DNA from: an uncultured Granulicella sp.
GTDB taxonomy: Bacteria > Acidobacteriota > Terriglobia > Terriglobales > Acidobacteriaceae
Direction of reading: 5' to 3'
NCBI GenBank assembly: GCA_937873265.1
Contig: CALMVL010000072.1
Location: forward strand, 2,557 to 66,556
DNA: 64,000 nt
The notes below the pieces were generated by a model. It was not told the DNA's origin, did no database searches, and saw nothing but the letters and a program-made list of their open reading frames with translations. Shown here one piece after another: positions 58,327-64,000 of the stretch. Position numbers and translations under genes: made by a program. Numbering within the stretch: position 1 is the first letter of the stretch; each line of letters starts with the position of its first letter.

Positions 58327-59508
58327 ATGACGCCCCTGCAGTGCCTTCATCCTGGACCCGGAAGCTCGGCCGGTGATCGCCGCTCATCCCACGCGGCTGA
58401 TCCGCCTCACGTGCTGCTGGTATTGGATCAACTGCCCGCCAACACTGGCGGAGCGGAGCGGATCGCCTTCCGACAGGCGGCGTTGCTGCCCCGATTCGGC
58501 TACCGCGTCTCCATCCTGACGTTCCTTGCGCACCCGCAGAGTGCCTGCCTCGTCGACCCGCCCTGCCCCACATATCTGCTCCCCATGACTGGCGCCTATA
58601 ACCGGTCCGCCCTGCGTGCTGCGCCGGCGTTCTGTTCTTTTCTGCAGCGGGAAAAGGTGCGGATCGTACAGACGTTCTTCGAGAGCTCCGACCTGTGGGC
58701 GGGCGTCGTCACCAAAACTGCATCCGATGCGAAGCTGGTTTGGAGCCGGCGCGACATGGGCATTCTGCGCGGCGGGAAACATCATCTTGCCTACAGGCTG
58801 CTTGCCGGCATGCCGGATGCGGTGCTGGCGGTCTCCGAGCAGGTCCGTCGCCATGCAATCGACGTGGATGGCGTCGCGCCGGAGCGGGTGCAAACGATCT
58901 ATAACGGTCTCGATCTGGCGCGGTGGAGCGCACGCCGAGAGCCGCGGGAGAGGTCTGCTCCTGTCATCACGACCGTGGGCAATCTCCGGCACGTCAAGGG
59001 GCACGACGTTCTGCTGGAAGCTGCGGCCATCGTGCGGCAAAGCCTTCCGGAGGCGCGGTTCACGATCGGCGGCGAGGTGCTCGAGCCGGCGTACTTCGAG
59101 TCGTTGAAAGAGCAGGTTCGGAGACTCGGGCTTGGAGATCACGTCGATTTTGTCGGCGGTGTGCGGGACCTCGAAACGCATCTTGCCGGTGCGGACCTTT
59201 TTGTTCTGCCGTCTCGCAGCGAGGGTTTTTCGAACGCCATCATCGAGGCAATGGCCGCCTCGCTTCCGGTGGTTGCCACCAATGTCGGGGGAAATGCCGA
59301 GGCCGTTCGCGACGGGGTCACGGGAAGCATCGTTCCATCCGACAATGCGCCGGCTCTGGCGCAGGCTATGCTCACGCTCTTACAAGATCCCCGCAAGGGT
59401 CGTGCGATGGGTGAGGCAGGCCGGACACGGGTCGCTGAAAACTTCACCATGGATGCCATGATGGGGCGAATCGCTGGTCTCTACGGAACACTCCTGGCCG
59501 AGGCGTGA
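58327..59508 (+). CDS. Glycosyltransferase family 4
   Basis: GGAE, IYNGLD, VGNLRHVKG, EGFSNAIIEAMA, TNVGGNAE. Confidence 0.92.
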   Translation: MTPLQCLHPGPGSSAGDRRSSHAADPPHVLLVLDQLPANTGGAERIAFRQAALLPRFGYRVSILTFLAHPQSACLVDPPCPTYLLPMTGAYNRSALRAAPAFCSFLQREKVRIVQTFFESSDLWAGVVTKTASDAKLVWSRRDMGILRGGKHHLAYRLLAGMPDAVLAVSEQVRRHAIDVDGVAPERVQTIYNGLDLARWSARREPRERSAPVITTVGNLRHVKGHDVLLEAAAIVRQSLPEARFTIGGEVLEPAYFESLKEQVRRLGLGDHVDFVGGVRDLETHLAGADLFVLPSRSEGFSNAIIEAMAASLPVVATNVGGNAEAVRDGVTGSIVPSDNAPALAQAMLTLLQDPRKGRAMGEAGRTRVAENFTMDAMMGRIAGLYGTLLAEA

Positions 59509-59571
59509 GCGAGCCAAAGCCTCGAAGAGGTACCTGGCAACTCGCTTCGGGTCCCTACCGTATCGCTGACG

Positions 59572-60939
59572 CTAGCAGCGTACGATCTTGGGCGACTTGA
59601 TCCCTTTGGTCGCATTGCGTGAGTCGACCACCAGCTGCGATTCGCGCACAATGCGCTCGTAGTCGTAGTCGGAGTGGTCGGTTACGATCAGCACACAGTC
59701 GTACTGCTCCAGGTGCTCAAGCGGTGTGCAGGTGAGATTGAGGTTGTAGTGCCGGCCCCGCCCAACCGTGGGAAAGTACGGATCGTTGTAGACGACCTCC
59801 GCACCCTCGTGGCGAAGCAGTTCGATGATGGTCAGCGACGGGCTCTCCCGCAGGTCGTCGATGTCCTTCTTGTAGGCCATGCCGAGCATCAGGATACGTG
59901 ACCCATTCATCGGTTTGCGGTGCTGGTTGAGCGCCTTGGCTACCTGGCTGACCACAAACTCCGGCATCGCCTCGTTTACTTCGCCAGCCAGTTCGATGAA
60001 TCGCGTATTGAAGTCGTACTCCTTCGCTTTCCAGCTCAGGTAGAAGGGGTCGATGGGAATGCAGTGACCGCCGAGCCCGGGGCCCGGATAGAACGGGTGG
60101 AATCCGAAGGGCTTGGTCGATGCGGCTTCGATCACCTCCCAGATATCGACACCCATGCGGAGCGACAGGATCTTCAGCTCGTTGACCAGCGCGATATTGA
60201 CGCAGCGGTAGATGTTCTCGAGAAGCTTGGTCATCTCGGCGGCGCGGGTCGTTGAAACGCGAACAGCGCGCGTGAAGATGGCCTCATAGAGCGCCGCCGC
60301 GAGCTCGGTTGCCTGCTCTTCGTGGCCGCCGACGACCTTGGGGATGTCGTGCCGGGCGACGGTGTCGTTGCCTGGGTCTTCACGCTCCGGCGAGAACGCC
60401 ACATAAAACACACCCGCCTGTGCCGGCTCCCCCGCTCCCTGCACCGTGAGACCATGCCGATTGCCGCCTTCGAGAATGGGGATCAGCACATCATCCGTTG
60501 TCCCTGGATAAGTCGTGCTTTCGAGAACCACAAGCTGGCCCTCCTCAAGCCACGGCGCGACCGATCGGGCCGTGTTCTCGATGTAGCTGAGGTCCGGCTC
60601 ACGATGCCCGGTGAGCGGCGTTGGGACGCAGAGGATAATCGCATCCTGGTCCGAAAGCCCGGCAAAGTCGACGGTTGCCCGAAAACCATGCTCGCGCGCG
60701 CCCTGGATCTCAGTCGCCGGGATGCGAAAGATGTACGATCGACCCGCTTCCAGGTCGGTCACCTTGCGCTCGTCAATATCGAATCCGGTGACCCTGAATC
60801 CGGCTTCGGAGAGCAGCAGCGACAGCGGCAGGCCCACGTAGCCGAGCCCGATCACGCCGATCTTGGCAGTGCGGGCATGCAATCGATCAAGGCGTTCCTG
60901 GGCGATCTTCGGCAGAGAACTCGGGCTGGTGGTCAACAT
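59572..60939 (-). CDS. Nucleotide-sugar dehydrogenase (UDP-GlcNAc 6-dehydrogenase, WbpA/WecC-like)
   Basis: GLGYVGLP, CVPTP, ESTTYPGTT, FSPEREDPG, KLLENIYR, GPGLGGHCIPID, YKKDIDDLRESP. Confidence 0.93.
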   Translation of the reverse strand: MLTTSPSSLPKIAQERLDRLHARTAKIGVIGLGYVGLPLSLLLSEAGFRVTGFDIDERKVTDLEAGRSYIFRIPATEIQGAREHGFRATVDFAGLSDQDAIILCVPTPLTGHREPDLSYIENTARSVAPWLEEGQLVVLESTTYPGTTDDVLIPILEGGNRHGLTVQGAGEPAQAGVFYVAFSPEREDPGNDTVARHDIPKVVGGHEEQATELAAALYEAIFTRAVRVSTTRAAEMTKLLENIYRCVNIALVNELKILSLRMGVDIWEVIEAASTKPFGFHPFYPGPGLGGHCIPIDPFYLSWKAKEYDFNTRFIELAGEVNEAMPEFVVSQVAKALNQHRKPMNGSRILMLGMAYKKDIDDLRESPSLTIIELLRHEGAEVVYNDPYFPTVGRGRHYNLNLTCTPLEHLEQYDCVLIVTDHSDYDYERIVRESQLVVDSRNATKGIKSPKIVRC

Positions 60940-61088
60940 GTCCGCTATTATTGCACCGGCTCCGGCCCGGAAAGCTAGCGTTGACATACCACCTTTGTCG
61001 TATTCTCATGGCGAACCGGAGTGATGTTTTCTGAGTGCTCCACGTCCTGCTCGCACCCCCATACCTTTGCTGCACGGAGAGGATCGAA

Positions 61089-62060
61089 ATGCCACGCTAT
61101 CTGATTACGGGAGTCGCCGGATTCATCGGCTCGTCCATCGCTCGGGCGCTTGTTGCCGAGGGGCACGAGGTTCGAGGCATCGACAATCTGTCGACAGGCA
61201 ATCTCGACAATCTGTCGGAGATCCGCGGCGCGGTCGACTTCCGCGAGGCGGACCTGCAGGACGCGCAAGCGATGCGGTCGGCTTGTGAGGGCATCGAGTT
61301 CATCTCGCACCAGGCCGCCCTCGCGAGCGTGCCGCGTTCCGTCAAAGATCCGCTGACCTCGCATGAGTCAAACATCAACGGAACGCTGACCCTGCTGCTC
61401 GCGGCGCGGGATGCCGGGGTGCGGCGTGTCGTCTATGCCGCCTCTTCCTCGGCCTACGGCGACCAGCCGACGCAGCCGAAACACGAGGAGATGCTGCCTG
61501 CCCCGCTTTCGCCGTATGCGGTCCAGAAGCTGACCTGCGAGTACTACCTTCAGGCGTTCGCGAAAGTTTACGGGATGGAGGCAATCTGCCTGCGCTACTT
61601 CAACATCTTTGGTCCGCGGCAGGCTGCGGATTCGCCCTACTCCGGCGTGATTGCGCAGTTTATCTTCAAGATGATGGCCGGGGAGACGCCCACGATCAAC
61701 GGGGATGGCTCCACATCGCGCGACTTCACCTTCGTCGAGAACGCGGTCAATGCCAACCTGCTCGGGTTCCGTGCTCCTGCAGCCATAGCGACTGGCCGGG
61801 TGTTCAACGTCGGAACCGGCCACAGCCACACACTGCTTGACCTCTATGCCGAGTTGGCCGCCATTCTCGGCTTTGATCGCAAACCCAACTTTGGTCCGAC
61901 GCGCGCGGGTGATGTGCAGCACTCGCTCGCCAAGATCGACCGCGCTCGAGAGGAGCTTGGATACAGGCCGATGGAAGACTTTCGCAAAGGCCTCGAAATC
62001 ACGGCTGATTGGTACTTGGCCGAAAGAGATAAGCTGTCGGCCGCAGCTGTCCACGCCTAG
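61089..62060 (+). CDS. Extended SDR NAD-dependent epimerase (WbpP-like UDP-GlcNAc/GlcNAcA 4-epimerase)
   Basis: TGVAGFIGS, HQAALASVPRS, AASSSAYGD, SPYAVQK, RYFNIFGPRQ, YSGVI, RDFT. Confidence 0.92.
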   Translation: MPRYLITGVAGFIGSSIARALVAEGHEVRGIDNLSTGNLDNLSEIRGAVDFREADLQDAQAMRSACEGIEFISHQAALASVPRSVKDPLTSHESNINGTLTLLLAARDAGVRRVVYAASSSAYGDQPTQPKHEEMLPAPLSPYAVQKLTCEYYLQAFAKVYGMEAICLRYFNIFGPRQAADSPYSGVIAQFIFKMMAGETPTINGDGSTSRDFTFVENAVNANLLGFRAPAAIATGRVFNVGTGHSHTLLDLYAELAAILGFDRKPNFGPTRAGDVQHSLAKIDRAREELGYRPMEDFRKGLEITADWYLAERDKLSAAAVHA

Positions 62061-62120
62061 CCCCGGCCGGCAGGTCGTTCAGCCGGATGCGCCGAACGGA
62101 GCTGCTGGATAAGAGAGACC

Positions 62121-62939
62121 TTGATATCCGTTCTGATTCTGACGCGCAACGAAGAGGCGGACCTGCCGGGATGCCTCGCGTCGGTCTCCTGGTCCGATGA
62201 CGTTCACGTCTTCGATTCGTTCAGCACCGACCGGACGGCGGAGATCGCCCGCCAGCACGGAGCGCACGTGCATCAGCGAACGTTCGACAACTACGCGACA
62301 CACCGCAACGCAGCGCTCGCGAGTCTTCCTTTCCGGCATCCGTGGGTCTTCATCCTGGACGCCGATGAGCGTCCGACGCCGGAGCTCTCGCGCGAACTGC
62401 CGTCAACCGTGCAGGCTGCGCCCTCGAGCGTCGCGGGCTACAGCCTCCGACGTCGCGATTTCCTGTTCGGCACGTGGCTGAAGCACGCCCAGATCTCGCC
62501 GTTCTACATCCGGCTGGTGCGTCCGGAGCGGGCCCGCTACACCCGCGCCGTCAACGAGGTGCTTGAGCTGAACGGCGCTGTGGGGCAGCTTCGCGAGCCG
62601 CTCGATCACTTCCCCTTTTCCAAGGGCATCGCGCACTGGATGACGAAGCACAATCGTTACTCCACCATGGAGGCAGAGCTGATTCACAGAAGTGCGGGTC
62701 TGCAACGTCCCTCGCTGCGCACGGCTCTGACGGCCGGGGACTTTCACCAGCGGCGTCTGCACCAGAAGGCCCTCTTCTATCGGCTGCCGGCGCGGCCGCT
62801 GCTGAAATGGATCTACATGGTTGCGTTTCGGGGAGCCATCCTGGACGGTCCCGCCGGCCTGACGTACTCCACGCTGCAGGCAATCTATGAGTACCTGATC
62901 GTGCTGAAAACGAAGGAGCTTCGCGGGAAAGGTGCTTGA
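62121..62939 (+). CDS. Glycosyltransferase family 2 (beta-1,4-glucosyltransferase-like)
   Basis: LTRNEE, DSFSTDRT, WVFILDADE, KHNRYSTMEA, LDGPAG. Confidence 0.9.
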   Translation: MISVLILTRNEEADLPGCLASVSWSDDVHVFDSFSTDRTAEIARQHGAHVHQRTFDNYATHRNAALASLPFRHPWVFILDADERPTPELSRELPSTVQAAPSSVAGYSLRRRDFLFGTWLKHAQISPFYIRLVRPERARYTRAVNEVLELNGAVGQLREPLDHFPFSKGIAHWMTKHNRYSTMEAELIHRSAGLQRPSLRTALTAGDFHQRRLHQKALFYRLPARPLLKWIYMVAFRGAILDGPAGLTYSTLQAIYEYLIVLKTKELRGKGA

Positions 62940-63134
62940 TCTGTTCGCGGGAGAAGTGGTGCGCCCGAGACGATTCGAACGTCTGACCTACAGCTTCGGA
63001 GGCTGCCGCTCTATCCAGCTGAGCTACGGGCGCGCGCTGAGATTAGCGTAGCATGGAACGCAGGCCGCTTCGCACCTTGCGACACCGGGAGAAACCAGCA
63101 GAAGCCGCCGCCAGAAACGAGAGCCCCAAACCGC

Positions 63135-63668
63135 ATGTCTCTTCGCACCGTTCTATCGCTTGCCGGCGCTCTCAGCCTTTCCGCGGGAACACTCGCCCAA
63201 AGCCCGGCGGACACACCGCTTCCCAGTCCAGCTGCGACCGCCAGCACCACGCTCAACGGCAAGTCCATCGTGGTGCGCTACAACGCTCCCTCGATGCGCG
63301 GCCGCAAGATTGTGGGCGGCCTCGTTCCCTATGGCCAGGTCTGGCGCACCGGCGCCAACCCGGCCACGACCCTTGTTACCGCCGCACATCTGAAGATCGG
63401 CACCCTCGACGTCCCCGCCGGCACGTACACGCTGTACACCCTGCCCGGCGCGGAGACCTGGATGCTGATCGTGAATAAGCAGACTGGACAGTGGGGCACG
63501 ATCTACAAGCAGGACCAGGATCTCGGCCGCACAGTCATGACCGCCAATCCTTTGGCCCGGCCGCAGGAGGTCATGTCGATCTCGTTTGAACACACCGAGG
63601 CGCACACCACCGAGCTCCACGTGAAATGGGAGAAGACGGATGAGTATGTGACCATCTCGGTGGAATAA
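63135..63668 (+). CDS. Secreted DUF2911-family protein
   Basis: Signal peptide; PSP, YNAPSMRGRKI, LVPYGQVWRTGAN, GTYTLYT, GQWG. Confidence 0.88.
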   Translation: MSLRTVLSLAGALSLSAGTLAQSPADTPLPSPAATASTTLNGKSIVVRYNAPSMRGRKIVGGLVPYGQVWRTGANPATTLVTAAHLKIGTLDVPAGTYTLYTLPGAETWMLIVNKQTGQWGTIYKQDQDLGRTVMTANPLARPQEVMSISFEHTEAHTTELHVKWEKTDEYVTISVE

Positions 63669-63699
63669 ATCTATGTTGTACGAAGGAACGGTCTGCGGC

Positions 63700-63966
63700 T
63701 TACTCCGCAGCCTCTTTCCCCATCCGCAGCTCTTCCATCACCGAGCTCACCAGCGCCTTCGCCCCATCCAGATCGTTGAGAACTGCTCGCAGATCAAACG
63801 CCGGCAGCTTTGGGTCGCGAGCGCTCGTGCAATACACGCCGTGTTGGCCGACCAGCGCCATGGCGTCGGTCAGCACATCCATGGTCACGGCCAGGCGGCC
63901 GCGCGCCACGCCCATCATGAACTCATACTTTTCGAGCTCGAGGTGACGGTCGTGGAAGACGGACAT
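63700..63966 (-). CDS. Small helical hypothetical protein
   Basis: 88-aa ORF with typical codon usage; LELEKYEFMMG...GRLAVTMDVLTDA; purine-rich upstream (AAGGAGTGGTAGG). Confidence 0.7.
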   Translation of the reverse strand: MSVFHDRHLELEKYEFMMGVARGRLAVTMDVLTDAMALVGQHGVYCTSARDPKLPAFDLRAVLNDLDGAKALVSSVMEELRMGKEAAE

Positions 63967-64000
63967 CGACCTACCACTCCTTCGCCGCGGAGTCCGGCGT

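Noticed and set aside
1-64000. tRNA, rRNA, IS, integrase, prophage or defence genes
   Set aside because: None recognised by eye; short ncRNAs cannot be excluded without covariance-model searches.

Overview
GC-rich bacterial chromosomal window with no rRNA, tRNA, CRISPR array or recognisable mobile element. The gene content points to Acidobacteriota, probably Terriglobia (Acidobacterial VWA protein, DUF6982-like protein, TIGR03013-type sugar transferase); this assignment is inference. 1-26.9 kb holds mixed housekeeping and catabolic genes: a signal-peptide-bearing M18 aminopeptidase, a very acidic small protein, GT87, an acyltransferase, GH3, an MBL hydrolase, YihY, an SSS symporter, GGDEF, VWA, xylA/xylB/GH31, AKR, XRE-cupin, yggS, Mop, trxB and GNAT. 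26.9-62.9 kb is a ~36 kb exosortase (XrtA/EpsH)-EpsI-associated exopolysaccharide locus: priming transferase, BY-kinase, ExeA-like ATPase, Wzz, beta-barrel, Wza, exosortase, EpsI, TPR lipoprotein, GT-C, a 1429-aa double beta-helix/Ig protein, seven GT2/GT4 enzymes, a deacetylase, Wzx, Wzy and nucleotide-sugar enzymes. Main points of interest: (1) the locus is headed by two divergent sigma-54 activators, one with a pseudo-receiver lacking the phospho-Asp and one with no sensor domain, plus a DUF6982-like partner and no histidine kinase; (2) no PEP-CTERM substrate is visible in the window; (3) a ~12.5 kb block has reversed GC skew. All family assignments come from motif recognition by eye; no searches were run.
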